Source: Octopus bimaculoides
Lineage: Eukaryota
DNA: 64,000 nt
Reading direction: 5' to 3'
Assembly (NCBI RefSeq): GCF_001194135.2
Contig: NC_068982.1
Span: 129,411,677-129,475,676, forward strand
Notes under the pieces: model-generated
The model's database searches: none
Told to the model about the DNA's origin: nothing
The model's input: only the letters and a program-made list of their open reading frames with translations
Shown: positions 51,313 through 63,760 of the stretch, one piece after another
Layout of the letters: every line of letters starts with the position of its first letter
Position numbering within the stretch: the first letter of the stretch is position 1
Made by a program: the position numbers and the translations under genes

Positions 51313-54300
51313 TTAAGGATCACTAGCAGCATCAAACTGTGTGTTTAACTTGTTGCATGGTAAGGCTTCACTGTCTCCAGCTAATTCAGTCTTTTCAAGG
51401 TTTTCAAAGAAAGCAGCTCCTGGGGTAAACTGATCATTTATGGCCTCTTCAAGCTGGTCATTTGACAATGACTGTAAAACATTTGGTATATCCTCAACTT
51501 GAAGCTGATCATCGGCCGATGGAATAAGTTGATCATGTTCGTTTGATGGAGTGGTGTGATTTGTATCATTTGAAGATTTAGGGAGCAAACCATTTGGCTT
51601 CCCAGAAATTCCAGAGTCAGAATTCTTTACTTTTGAAGGAATATCCCCATCTCCTCTTTCAGGAAAACAATGGTTTTCTTTCTCAGTTGCCAAAGAAACA
51701 GCAGTTACTGAAGGGTCTTCAGCATTATGAGATTCATCATCATCTTCATCATCTTCATCACTGCCAATTTTTGAAAATGGCTTTGTCTCACTGACAGCAA
51801 GTTCAATCTCCATTGGTACACCTTGATCTTGACTATTTTTGCTTGAACAGGATAAAAATCCATTTGGCATTTCTTCTGCATTCTCATATCTATTCTTTTC
51901 CTTTACATCAACCTGTATATTATCAGACAACTTCTTGTGGCAAGATAATAAAGAATCTCTCGTGGTTAAGTCTCCATCTGCTAGCAACTGGGTTCCTGAT
52001 GCCACCAAAGTGATATCTGAATCATTTGTTAACTGATCTACTATTGAAGTGTCATTAGTGTTTTGACTAAAAATTGTTAGTCTTTCAATTAAACTTTTAG
52101 ATAAAGTATTTTCACCAAGATCTTCCATTAATCTTAAATATGACAGTTCATTGTGCAGGACATCAGATATTTTCTTGAGCACTGCATGGTAGCAATCTGC
52201 AACTCTTTGGTTTTTGAATTCTATTAGATTATTATAAAGATTAGAGTTCAAATGCTTGAAATTGATATCTTGTTCAGAAAAGAACTGACGATATAAAATT
52301 ACTATTTTTTGTTGAACATCACTAATAATTACTTCAGAAAACGTTTCATTCTTGTGAAGGTTAATGATTGGGATTAGTTGTTTAGAGATTTCCTTAATTG
52401 TTTCTGAGAAATTTTGGTTATCACTTTTTACAACTAGCATATCTGAAACAGAGCTCTCACTTCCTTGGTCTACGGCAGCGTGACTTGAATGATGGAGTTC
52501 CCTATTTAATATTTTGTCTCGACTTTCACTTTGTTGTTGCTTTGTCACCTTATGCAAAGCTATCTTCAATGAATCTTCAGCAAACTGTAAGTGCATATCA
52601 GAAACTGGAGCCACAACCTGTATTATTTCACTACCAGAATCATCGCTAGATGAATCCTGGGTTTTCGTTCTTAATGTGTTTTCTATTTTGGCATTATCAG
52701 AAATAAGTGAGATTCTGTTTGATGTCAGATTAGGACGTGGGAATTCATCGAATTTAGAAGAAAATAATGTCTGGTTATATCGTGCTTGTTCTATCAGAGC
52801 ATCTATGATACCCATTATGTGATCACGCTTGCTATAAGAATCAAAACATTGGAGTTTCTGAAATAAAGAGATCATATATTTGGGGTGTTTTTCATTCTGA
52901 GATATTAACTTTGCAACTTCAGCATAGATATCTGACTTGAGAGAGTCAAAACTATTAGAATCTTGTTGATCTGAAGTATTTTCTTTCTTTGTAGCTCCTG
53001 ATTCACACTGATTCACAAGATCAGCTGTAGTTTTATTTGACCACGCACCTCCATTTTTGGTTTTCTTACTGCTTGAATTGTTACTAGTAGACTTGGGATA
53101 AAATTTAGCAGAAGCATTAGGTGCTTCTTGCTTGAATTCTATTGTATTCTGAGATGATTTTAATTTCTTTTTGCCATCTTCAGATGTCATATTTTTTGAT
53201 GACGAATTAGCAGTGTGTTTTTGCCGAGATGATGCAGATAATTTTTTAGATCTTGCTGGGACATCAACCACATCGTCCTTATTTGTGTTAGAAAAGTTCC
53301 AAAAATACGAACAAGTCTGACTACAGCCTTTAGGACATTTTTCAGCATTATCTTTATCACAATGTTGTTTATTTAGATGTCGACGTCTGAAATTTTTGTC
53401 TGAAGAATTTGTTCGTTTTCTTGATTTAGCAGTAGGAACTGTGGAAGAAAGCATATTATTACTTCTTGCTTTTGTTTTCTGTATGGCATCAGGTTTTAGC
53501 AGGGGACTAGGAAATCTATTACTGCAGAGGTATGGATTTTGAGGGTAAGGTTCCCAACAGAAATGTCTGGGTTTCTTCCATTGATTGACACCGGTAGGGA
53601 ATGAATTCTGCATATATGAATTCGTAGAAGTAGAATCGGTTCTTGAAGATTGTAAAACCAACGTGTGGAGTTGGCGTTGTAAATTATTCATTTCAGACTG
53701 TTGAACTGAAAGTTGTTGAAAACACTGACTCAATGCTAATAAAATCTGTTGCTGTGAAGCTGAGTTTTGAAATTCAGCAGGTGGTGTTAAAAATGGATTA
53801 GATTGCCAGTACATATTAGTTGGTTGGTTGGCATCAAAGGCAAATGCATTGGTATTTTGATATCTCATCATATGTAACTGTTGACGAAGCTGTTGCTGTT
53901 CAATTAGTAGGTCTTGATAAGTGCTAGCCATTTTATCCATCTGTCTTTCAAGTATATTCAGAGGGCTGTTTTCAGACTGCAAACTTTCATCATGTTCATC
54001 TTCTTGAATTATATATTCTGCAGCACGAATGTTTTCTTGCTTCCGAGCAAAGCCACTGTTAGTTCGACCAAATTGCTTTTGATTTGGTGAGTTCCCCTTA
54101 GAATCAGAACGTTGGCAACAATATTTATTTCTCTTTCCAGGAGGGAAGCTCCCTCTAGAGTCTAATGGCATACAACCCAGTAAACATGGTTGAGACTGCT
54201 TAACATGCCTTCTTGCATCTTTTTCAATAGTATAAGTTTCTTTACTAGAAGATTCTCCTCCTTCTTCTGCATCCCTTATCACATCACTGAAATAATCATC

Positions 54301-56982
54301 ATCCTCATTAAATTCTTCATTAATATCATCCCTTTCTTCATCATCATCACCTTCCTCCTCCTCTTCATCATCATCCCTATCACAACCTTCATTTATATTC
54401 TCAAAATTATCAGCTGTAGAACCACCCCAAGTTGCCATAGTTACATCTGCACTTGTATTAGCTCCGAGGAAGTCAGTAGAATAAGACACTGAATCACTTT
54501 GATTATCTTGGTTACGAGAATAATTACGCTTAGGTTTATCCTTGTGCATTAAATCTTCCATTTCTTTCTTTCTTTGCCTAAGTTCTTCTCTTTGAATTCT
54601 TTCTTTCCTCATTTTATTGTAGAGTTCATCATTTGAAGAATATGTCATTTGGTTAAGATCTTGTATTTCTGGTTCTGGAGCAAAAGTCACTTCATTAGTC
54701 TTATCTCGATCAGATTTATCCATCTCATCATTCCAGCTTGGTAAACTATCATGGAAGTTTAAAAGCTGCTGATGAAAAGAGAGAAGTCTTTCACGTTGTT
54801 CCTTCAGACGATCTACCTCAAGTTGCTGTTCTTGCATTTTCAATTTAAGCTTAGCAGATTTATTTTGTAGAGGAATTAATTGATCATGACTTACTTGTGT
54901 GAAGGCAGCTCCATTGGGTAAGGCACTAGCCTCTGGCAAACCAGCTGACCTGGAAAGTTGTTTGCTAATAGTTTGATTATCACTCTGAGCAAGGACTTCT
55001 GCCAACTCTTCAGCAGTTTGTTCAGGGGGGCCGTCAGGAGAATCATTAAGTTTATTAATTAATTTTTGAAGATGTCTTAAACGATCCTTTGCCTCTTGGA
55101 GTTCATTGAGTTTGTCACGCACTCCTGGCTGGCTTATTAATGAACCAAGTTCAGTATTAAAATCTTCCTCAAAATCTGAAAGGTTTTGAATATGGTTTGA
55201 GTCAGAATATTTGTCAGACGCTTCACAGGAAGAACTTTTAATATGCTGGTGGTTTTGTGTTTTTTCCCCTTCTTCAGTAGACGTTACATCTTTTGCTTCA
55301 GTAGCTTCATCATTAGCACAAACCTGATATTCTTTAAATAGTGATCTTAGGTGATTAAGTCGTTCCCTTACTCCAAGTAATTCTTCCCATTTTTCATTAG
55401 GTTCAGGTATATTTAGATCATCTTCTGGAGAATCAGTTTTTTCTGTAATATTTTCAGAATTCTGCACACTATTCTCAGTGTTTTCTGGGTTGTTATTCAT
55501 CTGTGACATGTCATCAGTGCTTTGAGCTCGCAAAGATTTAACATAACGCAGCAGTTCATTAACACATCTCCGTTTCTCTTGAAGATGTTTTAATTTATTT
55601 TGCAAAGAAAGACGTCCTTGACAAATTCTTTCTTGGAAATCAGCCGTATCAAAACTAAGATTCTCTAAATCGACAGTCATTAAATTGTCTTCTGACTGAG
55701 TGTTTGACAATGGAAGGTTATTTTGCATTTTCCTATGTTCTTCAATGACATCTTCTATGGTATTTTCTGCTGGTTGGTTATCTCTTTGGTATAAGGCAAA
55801 CTCAGGTGCTGCCATATTATCCACTGTCGGTTCTTGTAGGAGTCTCTGTCTTTCTTTTGCTTCAGCCAATTTTTGAACAGCATCTTTTTCTATGGCCAAT
55901 AAAGCAGATTGGCGTTCTTGCAATTTTTTTAATTGTTCTTTTTGTTCCATTATTTGTTTCAGTAAAATTTGCTGCTGTTCTATAGATGTTAAATCTTCAC
56001 TTTTTTCAGGAAGACCAGATGTAAAGGTATGTAAAGCTGGGTCAGAAGTTTGTGAATCAACTGAATCTGTATCATCAGGTGAGTCTCCTTTTGCAGTTTC
56101 ATTAGGATTAGAATTACTATTTAACAGGGCTCTTTTACGAATAATCCATAATTTCTGTAAGATTTCCATGTAGCTGCTTTCTTGCTCTTCCAATGAATTC
56201 AGAACTTGAGCTAGCTTGCTGATTTTGCGATGATCCGTGGGGTCATCTGATTCCTGTAACGTATCCATCATTAATTTTATTTGTTTTCTATAATCTTTAA
56301 TTTGCATCATTCTAGCAACAATTTGATTACTGTCAGTAATAGCTTCTTGGGTCCTGTCCTGCGAAATGTTATTTTGAGCGCCTCTTTTCTCATCATTCTT
56401 TTCTTTTTCTTCAATTTCTTCGCTCGGATAACGTGCATCACCAGTACGATTCCTATTTTTCTTGTTTGTTTTTTGATTTTTTCTTGATTCGCTGTCAGAA
56501 TGGCGATGATTTTCACTAATCGTGCTAGAAGTATCTTGACGAGTATAATTCGGAGGCATATCACGTCGATTAAATGATACAGTCTTTTCATTATTTTTTT
56601 CATCATCACTACTCACTTCATAATCATCAAAACTGAAGTGCTGTTTTAAATTTTCTAATTCCATTCTTTCACTTAACTCAGCATTTGGAGGTAATTTCGT
56701 ACGAGAATATGATGACGGAGTATGTTGGCGTCGTTCTGTAGGAGAAGGGAGATCTTGTAACAAGGACTGACCTCTTTCGCGTTCCCTCTCGCGGTTTCCT
56801 TTCTTACGTCGCTTATTTGATTCAAGGGTTGACTCTTTCCATTCACTAACCTCTAAATTATTTGGACGCAGTTCATTCTGAATGCTATTCATACTAACGG
56901 CATCATCTGACGTACTTTGCCATCCAGAGCGGGCATGCGAATCTGACGAAGATCCCTTTGATGGTGATCCTCCTGTTGCCAT
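51313..56982 (-). CDS. PCM1: Pericentriolar material 1 homolog (centriolar satellite scaffold), 1889 aa, single coding exon
   Basis: Uninterrupted 5670-nt ORF from ATG 56982. N-terminus MATGG as in human PCM1, Q/E-rich coiled coils, and FDSLKSDIYAEVAKLISQNEKHPKYMISLFQKLQ matching the PCM1 C-terminal region (FEALKDTIYSEVATLISQNESRPHFLIELF). A 97-nt 5' UTR intron at 57006-57102. Confidence 0.88.
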   Translation of the reverse strand: MATGGSPSKGSSSDSHARSGWQSTSDDAVSMNSIQNELRPNNLEVSEWKESTLESNKRRKKGNRERERERGQSLLQDLPSPTERRQHTPSSYSRTKLPPNAELSERMELENLKQHFSFDDYEVSSDDEKNNEKTVSFNRRDMPPNYTRQDTSSTISENHRHSDSESRKNQKTNKKNRNRTGDARYPSEEIEEKEKNDEKRGAQNNISQDRTQEAITDSNQIVARMMQIKDYRKQIKLMMDTLQESDDPTDHRKISKLAQVLNSLEEQESSYMEILQKLWIIRKRALLNSNSNPNETAKGDSPDDTDSVDSQTSDPALHTFTSGLPEKSEDLTSIEQQQILLKQIMEQKEQLKKLQERQSALLAIEKDAVQKLAEAKERQRLLQEPTVDNMAAPEFALYQRDNQPAENTIEDVIEEHRKMQNNLPLSNTQSEDNLMTVDLENLSFDTADFQERICQGRLSLQNKLKHLQEKRRCVNELLRYVKSLRAQSTDDMSQMNNNPENTENSVQNSENITEKTDSPEDDLNIPEPNEKWEELLGVRERLNHLRSLFKEYQVCANDEATEAKDVTSTEEGEKTQNHQHIKSSSCEASDKYSDSNHIQNLSDFEEDFNTELGSLISQPGVRDKLNELQEAKDRLRHLQKLINKLNDSPDGPPEQTAEELAEVLAQSDNQTISKQLSRSAGLPEASALPNGAAFTQVSHDQLIPLQNKSAKLKLKMQEQQLEVDRLKEQRERLLSFHQQLLNFHDSLPSWNDEMDKSDRDKTNEVTFAPEPEIQDLNQMTYSSNDELYNKMRKERIQREELRQRKKEMEDLMHKDKPKRNYSRNQDNQSDSVSYSTDFLGANTSADVTMATWGGSTADNFENINEGCDRDDDEEEEEGDDDEERDDINEEFNEDDDYFSDVIRDAEEGGESSSKETYTIEKDARRHVKQSQPCLLGCMPLDSRGSFPPGKRNKYCCQRSDSKGNSPNQKQFGRTNSGFARKQENIRAAEYIIQEDEHDESLQSENSPLNILERQMDKMASTYQDLLIEQQQLRQQLHMMRYQNTNAFAFDANQPTNMYWQSNPFLTPPAEFQNSASQQQILLALSQCFQQLSVQQSEMNNLQRQLHTLVLQSSRTDSTSTNSYMQNSFPTGVNQWKKPRHFCWEPYPQNPYLCSNRFPSPLLKPDAIQKTKARSNNMLSSTVPTAKSRKRTNSSDKNFRRRHLNKQHCDKDNAEKCPKGCSQTCSYFWNFSNTNKDDVVDVPARSKKLSASSRQKHTANSSSKNMTSEDGKKKLKSSQNTIEFKQEAPNASAKFYPKSTSNNSSSKKTKNGGAWSNKTTADLVNQCESGATKKENTSDQQDSNSFDSLKSDIYAEVAKLISQNEKHPKYMISLFQKLQCFDSYSKRDHIMGIIDALIEQARYNQTLFSSKFDEFPRPNLTSNRISLISDNAKIENTLRTKTQDSSSDDSGSEIIQVVAPVSDMHLQFAEDSLKIALHKVTKQQQSESRDKILNRELHHSSHAAVDQGSESSVSDMLVVKSDNQNFSETIKEISKQLIPIINLHKNETFSEVIISDVQQKIVILYRQFFSEQDINFKHLNSNLYNNLIEFKNQRVADCYHAVLKKISDVLHNELSYLRLMEDLGENTLSKSLIERLTIFSQNTNDTSIVDQLTNDSDITLVASGTQLLADGDLTTRDSLLSCHKKLSDNIQVDVKEKNRYENAEEMPNGFLSCSSKNSQDQGVPMEIELAVSETKPFSKIGSDEDDEDDDESHNAEDPSVTAVSLATEKENHCFPERGDGDIPSKVKNSDSGISGKPNGLLPKSSNDTNHTTPSNEHDQLIPSADDQLQVEDIPNVLQSLSNDQLEEAINDQFTPGAAFFENLEKTELAGDSEALPCNKLNTQFDAASDP

Positions 56983-57339
56983 GACTTCAAAACAAGCAAC
57001 AACCACTAAAATTAGTGACTTAAAAAGTAAACGAATAAGAAGAATATCTTACTTTGTCTTTATACATATAAAGTAGTCATAGTGAAAGAAAGATTAGCTT
57101 ACCAAATTTAGTCACTATGTTTCGAATTTTCAAAGAACAGTACACTATACTATTGACTTCCGTCAGAGAAAAACTTTTCGTTGGGGGCAAGTTGTTAACT
57201 CATATACAACATCTCGTAAAAGTTCAGTATTTTGGGGAATTATTTAATTTAGGTATATTTTAAATTTTGTAAATAATTTTAGCATTTTATTTGAACTAGA
57301 AATAGACTGTATTTAATTTGAAACGAAAATTAGACAAAA

Positions 57340-57415
57340 TTTATAACGGAAGTTGTCAAGGACAACCATTGAAAATGTATGATCCCTACCAGTCGCTATA
57401 CGCATGCGCATCAAT
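57340..57415. promoter_or_regulatory. Candidate PCM1 promoter
   Basis: ETS-like acggaagt (57346-57353) and NRF1-like cgcatgcgca (57401-57410), just upstream of the non-coding first exon. Confidence 0.5.
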
Positions 57416-60400
57416 CAATTACATGGACGGATTGTGCTGTAATGTCTTTAGTGACGAGCAACTTTAAAGGTGGGTCATCAATTATATTACGCCCTATTTA
57501 TTACCTTTTTAACTTATTGCTATTTCTAAAGGGATAACGCATTCTAATGATTATGATGAACATTTAGGAGGTAGTTTTCATTTATCTTAAACTTACTGGT
57601 TTGCTGTTCAAGTTTCGTATTACTATCATTATTGTTGTTATTAAAATATGTGGAAAAAAAAGGTGGGGGGGTTGTCTTCAAACACGAAACAAACTTGGAC
57701 TCATTGCTTTCTTGTCGATAGTTTTTAATTAATAATTTATAAACAATTTTAAATTACAGTCCTCGAGTGCTACACCTCACTCCTGCTCTTAATACGCCAG
57801 TTTTGTTTTTGTTTGTTTGTTTCCCACTTGTTTTATTTACTTTAATTCGTTGACAGTTTTGATTAATTTTTAAATGTTAGGACTAAAAGATCTGCTACAG
57901 TCAGTGTTTGTATGGTGCAACGATTAAAGTATTAGTTTCTGGTAGCAGAGGAAGTAAGATTTACGCCACAAGTTAGCATCTGGGAGAACTGACCTATATG
58001 AAGAAGCCAACAGTGTTTGTAGACATTAAGAAAAAAAATGTTCTCTCACATCGATCGTGATTGCAAAGCCAAGGTTGACGTAGAAGAACTATATAAAAGA
58101 TAGAAGTTCATATTGTAATGCACGCTGTTCTTAAAAAAACCCAACTAACTTATATAAATAATTCCCTAAATTTTCTGACGGTTACTCCCAGTACTGTGTA
58201 GATATTTTACTGTATTATTTTTGTTTCCTTTTGTCATTTTCTTCTCTCTTTCCTCTTACTAAGTTTTAGGTTGTTCAAAATCAATTTTCAAATGTCAACA
58301 CCGATGTGTTTTCAATGATCATAGCATGCTATTTTATCATATCTCAATTATACAGAGCGTAGCTTATGTCCTTTAGTTTATAGGACAATTGTCCTCTTCC
58401 ATTTCCAATAATAGACTATAATAACAATTCTGATAGTATTTTACTACCTTAAGTTCCTGTTATTATTATACTGTTTGTGTTTTGCGTCCACTTACAAATT
58501 CTGTTTGTATTGTATTTTGAAATGTTTGCGTTTGAAATTTCACAAAAAGTATATGTCTATATTTATAAATTAAATCATACGACTTGATTGTAAAACTTTC
58601 CATTAGACCTTGTAAATTTGTAAAAAAATTATATTTAATCATAACAAAAAAGCTATAATCAATAGTTTATCGCGTTCGGAATTCAATATACACTTGGATA
58701 AATTCATCTGGGAGAATAATCTAAGTTATAAAAATAAAAACTTTTATGTAGCTAAATTTTCAACTCCTTGTCAAACTCTTTATTAAAGTTGATATCTTAA
58801 CAAAATATTGTTTATTTACTATCTTTAATAAATCTTATGTATGCACTTCGTAAATTTGCGCAAGAAACTCCACTCATTTTTTGACATCTAAATATCTTTC
58901 GAAAATACAAAATACTGTCCCATATTTCATATTTTAAATCTGTTTACATACTATTGAGTCAAGGTAGATAGATCCAGTCATTGGTGAAATATTTTTCTTT
59001 GGATTATTCTAAAAGAGGCTAACGAGGAAGTGTGACATCAGCTGACTTTGACAAACATAATTAGTGAGTAATGTTGTATAGTTCCAAGTTAGTTGCAATC
59101 TAGCCAACTTGTGATCCAAAAAGATGTTCCCCATTGTGTCCATCTCATCTGTTTTTTGTATGTTCAGGATTACATTATCTAATGTACTCTACTTTTACAC
59201 GAGAATGTAACTTGTGAGTTGATTGCTATCTCTAGCAGAGCGAGGTTCCGGCGTTGGCTCGTTAGTTTATAATAATTCAACTTGATGAAAAGTTGTTCTG
59301 TGAAGTTATTCAGTTGATGATAGTTGGAATTGAAAAGTGTGTCCGTTGAAAGGCTGAATAAATTATGAAGAAAAGATATAATGTCATAATTAGAACTTAA
59401 TATAATTGTAAACAGATGACAAGTTTGATATAAGGAGGAACACACTCGCTATTAATTCGCAGTCTATTTTATGTATGTTTTTGGATTTGCGGCATTCTTC
59501 CAGAGTCACTTTATGAAGTTGGCAGTGTACCTTAAGCGTTTATAATGTAATTGAATATATGTGTATAACTAAAATCCTGTAAATCATTTAACTTGGGTCC
59601 ATGTTAATATACATTTATGATAAATAAATTCAGCCATGACAAAATGAAATACGGCGTATGCCCCGTCTCATGTACTTAATGTAAACAAACAGTAATTTAG
59701 AAGAAAAAATATTTATATAATTTTGAGAATAAAATTAATTTTAATATAACTGTTGATAATATATATAGTAAGCAGAATATGAATAGCTGTGATTTCAGTG
59801 TATAAGTAAAATTTATTTATCTATTCCAAAGAATTTAAGAAATGGTACACTTAATCCGTCACCCAGTTTATCACCACTATTTGATCCTGGTCATTTGGTA
59901 CCTTCTGTTGAGTTCACTTTGTTGCAAGCTTTCAGACCAAATCTTCAGTTTGAGAATTCCTTCCATCTTTCGTCCCACCCACTATTCTTGGAGACTATAT
60001 AAAGTGTCTACCCTTCCCTTCTGACTAAAAGATTAAAAAAAAAATTTTTTTTAATGAAATAAGAACTCTAATATGATTTTGTAACAGAAATCTGCGATGA
60101 AACTACACTCCTCCTCTTCATCATCATTTAACATCCGTTTTCTGTGCTGGCATGGGTTGGATGGTTTGAGAGGAACTGGCAAATTAGAAGACTGTACCAA
60201 GTTGTAATCATCTAATTAGGTGTTTTTACAGTTTGTGCCATACATTCTAGATATAATCATTCATCCTTAGAAATTGTGTATTTTCAGTTAAATAGACAAT
60301 CTCCAAATGGAAAAAATATGCAGGATGTTGTTGATGTTTTACAAGGTCCTAAAGCAATTTATAAAATTTAAATAGGTCAATAGTCTTTATACTTAAGAAC

Positions 60401-60819
60401 TTAAAAATAAACTGTACTTATTCATCTTGTTTTATGTGATATATTTAATAAAAGAATTGAAATTCCTAAGACTAGTTACTGTGGGTACCTGAAGTGTAAA
60501 ACTAACGAATAAGATGTCACAGTAATGAGCTGACTTGATGTACTTGTTGCTTTTGAGAAATGAAGTGGGGGATACATCAGCTGAGGAAGGAACTTAAAGC
60601 TGTTAATTGTTTAATCTTAGTTCAGCAAATGCATTCAAGCCATCAGCATCCTGTTCTTTTTCAAGAAAAGTGAAGTGAGGCAACATTGAAGACAGTAAGA
60701 TTTGAGGAAGATGTGGCTTCAATTTCTAGAGATCAAGCTATCACATTGGCTTGTAAATATAACATTATTTTCACTTGGCAATGATGTTGGTGCTAGTGAA
60801 GTATGTTTGTGTGTATATT

Positions 60820-61250
60820 CTTTTCTACTCTAGGCACAAGGCCTGAAATTTTAGGGGAGGGGGCCAGTCGATTTGATCGACCCAGTACGCAACTGGTACT
60901 TAATTTATCGACCCTGAAAGGATGAAAGGCAAAGTCAACCTCGGTGAAATTTGCACTGAGAATGTAAAGACAGACGAAATTCCGCTAAGCATTTCACCCG
61001 GCGTGCTAATGTTTCTTATTTTTTTACTGCCCACAGGGGGCTAAACATAGAGGTGACAAACAAGGACAGACAAAGAGATTAAGTCGATTACATCAACCCC
61101 AGTGCGTAACTGGTATTTATTTAATCAACCCTGAAAGGATGAAAGGCAAAGTCGACCTCAGCAGAATTTGAACTCAGAAAGTAGCGGCAGACGAAATACC
61201 GCTAAGCATTTTGCCCAGCATGCTAATGTTTCTGCCAGCTCGCTGCCTTT
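60820..61250 (-). mobile_element. Tandem dimer of a second tRNA-derived SINE family
   Basis: Two units each containing gaccctgaaaggatgaaaggcaaagtcaacctc...ctaagcattt. Monomers or fragments near 15085-15235, 23120-23300, 30350-30750 and 34660-34985. Confidence 0.75.
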
Positions 61251-61324
61251 GTGTGTGTGTATATTAGCAAAAAATTGTAGTTAATAAGTGGTGAGTGCAC
61301 TTGTTGTATTGCTAAAGAATGTGA

Positions 61325-61460
61325 CAGGCAACACAATATCAGCATATGCACCCAAACATAGTGAACAGAAAGAGCTACTTACAAGTTAGATGACATGGAT
61401 ATCCTATTTGCAATTGATGACTTCAGTATCCATGTTGAGAAACATCATGTGTACATTGAA
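61325..61460 (+). mobile_element. Possible LINE AP-endonuclease remnant
   Basis: TISAYAPK and LFAIDDFSIHVEKH resemble IxAYAP and GDFNGHVG. Confidence 0.35.
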
Positions 61461-63669
61461 GTTAAAATAATGTAAGGTAAGAAATACATCTAAGTTTTGA
61501 GTGAAGACGTGGCAGCACTGAATGACAATTAGTTACACCTCTCTCTTTTAAAAAATTGATCTATGATGATCAAAGGAGATAAAGCATTCTTCATATAGAA
61601 ATAAAAGCAACAATTTTTATAGAAGTAATTGCTGGTTAAGCCACAAGTAATGAAATAGAACTTAATTATTTTTTTTTTTTTATCATATATAGAATAAAAA
61701 AAGACAAAAACATAAAGCACTTAATTTTAACATTTGCAGTATTGTTTATGTCAAAAATATAACAACTAACATGCATAGTATTTTTCATGTTGTTTTCACA
61801 CTATATATAATATGATGTCAAAAGTGGAATGTTTGAAATATGGGCTTCATATTTTTAGAAGCTATAAATTTTTCATTGTTCCTTTTAACTGAGCACATTT
61901 TCAAATGTTGACCATCAAAAATGAAAAGAAGAATGAAATTCTTTGCAATTCTTTTCCCACAAACACAGACTGTTTCTGTCTGTAAATGTGTTTTAAAACT
62001 ATTTGTGGTTGATATTTGTTCAAAAGTAATAGCCACACTTTGCAACCACACTAATAATCAGGCACACAGAGCAAATTATAAAAAAACATTTTCAATTGTT
62101 GTTTATTTTTTTTCTTTTATGTCTAATGCTGATATTTTTTCTGAGTTCAAAATTCATTTTCTTTGTGTTATATATATATAAAAAAATTGATTTGAACAGT
62201 TCTTTTAGAAATGTTCTCTGTACTCTTACATATTGCACTCTTTTCCAACAATTATATTTTCTTTTAAAAGAATTGATTTGAAAGTGTAATTCAAAGGTCA
62301 TTATAGTAATTGCAAGATTGTTTCTTGTCTATTCTAGAATTGAGACCAATTCTATTGGTTTTCACAATAAGATTCCAGCTGTTCAGTCATCAGAACATAT
62401 TGAATCAGCATGTAAATGGTCAAGTATTCCACAGACATGTATATCTTACTGTAATTTCCAGGTTGAAATAGCATGATTCTGATAAGGCTGTCTTTTTTAA
62501 TTAGTCCATTCACTAGGCTTCCACATAATTTCTGTCTGTTTTGTTTTATTCATAAGACTCTGGTCAGTTTGAGCTCATGGGCAAAAAGAACTCCTATTTT
62601 TTAAGAATTACATCATTTAGGATCTTTATTATATATATTCTTCTATTCTTTTAGTTTATCAGTATTTTATTTATTTCTAGTTTCTTTCCTGCCTTTCAAG
62701 AAAACTTTGGATGTAGGTCTCTTGTCTTCACTTTGAAATCCACACAAAGACAAAAACAATAACAGTCTGTGAGGATCAGTCCTATTATGTCTAGCTAGCA
62801 AGAGTTTAAATAGTTGACACTTATTATTCAAAAAGGCATTTTTTACTCTGTGAGGTCTAAATAGAGATGAATTAACAAATGCTATTTCATGAAGAAATCA
62901 GTCTAGCTGAAGATTGAAACAAAACTTATGCTTCTTTCATTGAGAACTTAGCCCTTACATCATGGGTTGCTGCTAAAACTCAAACAGTATTTTATTTATC
63001 ACTTGCAAAATATCATAGTTAAGTCTATAGCTTTTCATAATCAGCATACAAAAAAAAAAAAAAAAATTCTATGGGAGAGTAGTCTTAGCAACTGGAGGTG
63101 GAGGGAGGTGGGGTTCTTTAGAAAAAAAAATTATCAGTTTAAATTATGTAAACAAAAATGAAACTGGTGTAACTGGGAACTGAAATTGGATCAGAGCCAG
63201 CTTGTTTAGAGATTAGCTTTAACTAAGTTGCTAGCAGAAATCTCTTTTTATAAATGAAATGGAGATAAGTCAGAATTTTGTTGTACTTCAAATCTGAACC
63301 TGTGAAGCATGGCGTTGAAAGAAGTTTATGACTGATCAATTTCCTTAAGAGCTATGCTTCTAAAATAGGTACAAAAGTTTTCAGGTTTTTTTTTTTTTCG
63401 CAATGTTTTCTCATAATTACTGTTTTGATATTGATCAACTAATATTTGTATTCTATCTATGATAAACTACTATTAGATAACAATATTATTGAATAATATT
63501 GTTATTCCTAAGAGAGATAAAGGAAAACATCTGTCACATAATACAGTTTTCATGTTTTTAGTATCCTGCAAAGATTATCATAACTATTTTATAACGGTGA
63601 CATTGCTTAAGAAGCCTTCCTTTTAAGCTCCTTGAATTCAATGTTTCTTTGAGTTGATTATATATTATA

Positions 63670-63760
63670 CTAGCAGAAATACCCGGCGTTGCCCGGGTTA
63701 AAGAGAATAATGAAATCTAAAAACGCCGTCTAGACTACGCATCATCTTTATATATAGAGA
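63670..63760 (-). mobile_element. 91-bp non-autonomous Helitron
   Basis: Minus strand: A|TCtctatatataaag...acccgg-gcaacg-ccgggt-atttctg-CTAG|T. 5' TC, GC-rich hairpin, 3' CTAG, A|T insertion site, no TSD. Confidence 0.8.

Noticed and set aside
51594-56609. Many 60-100 aa ORFs overlapping PCM1 on either strand
   Set aside because: Shadow frames of a long coding exon; no motifs or independent splice or promoter signals.
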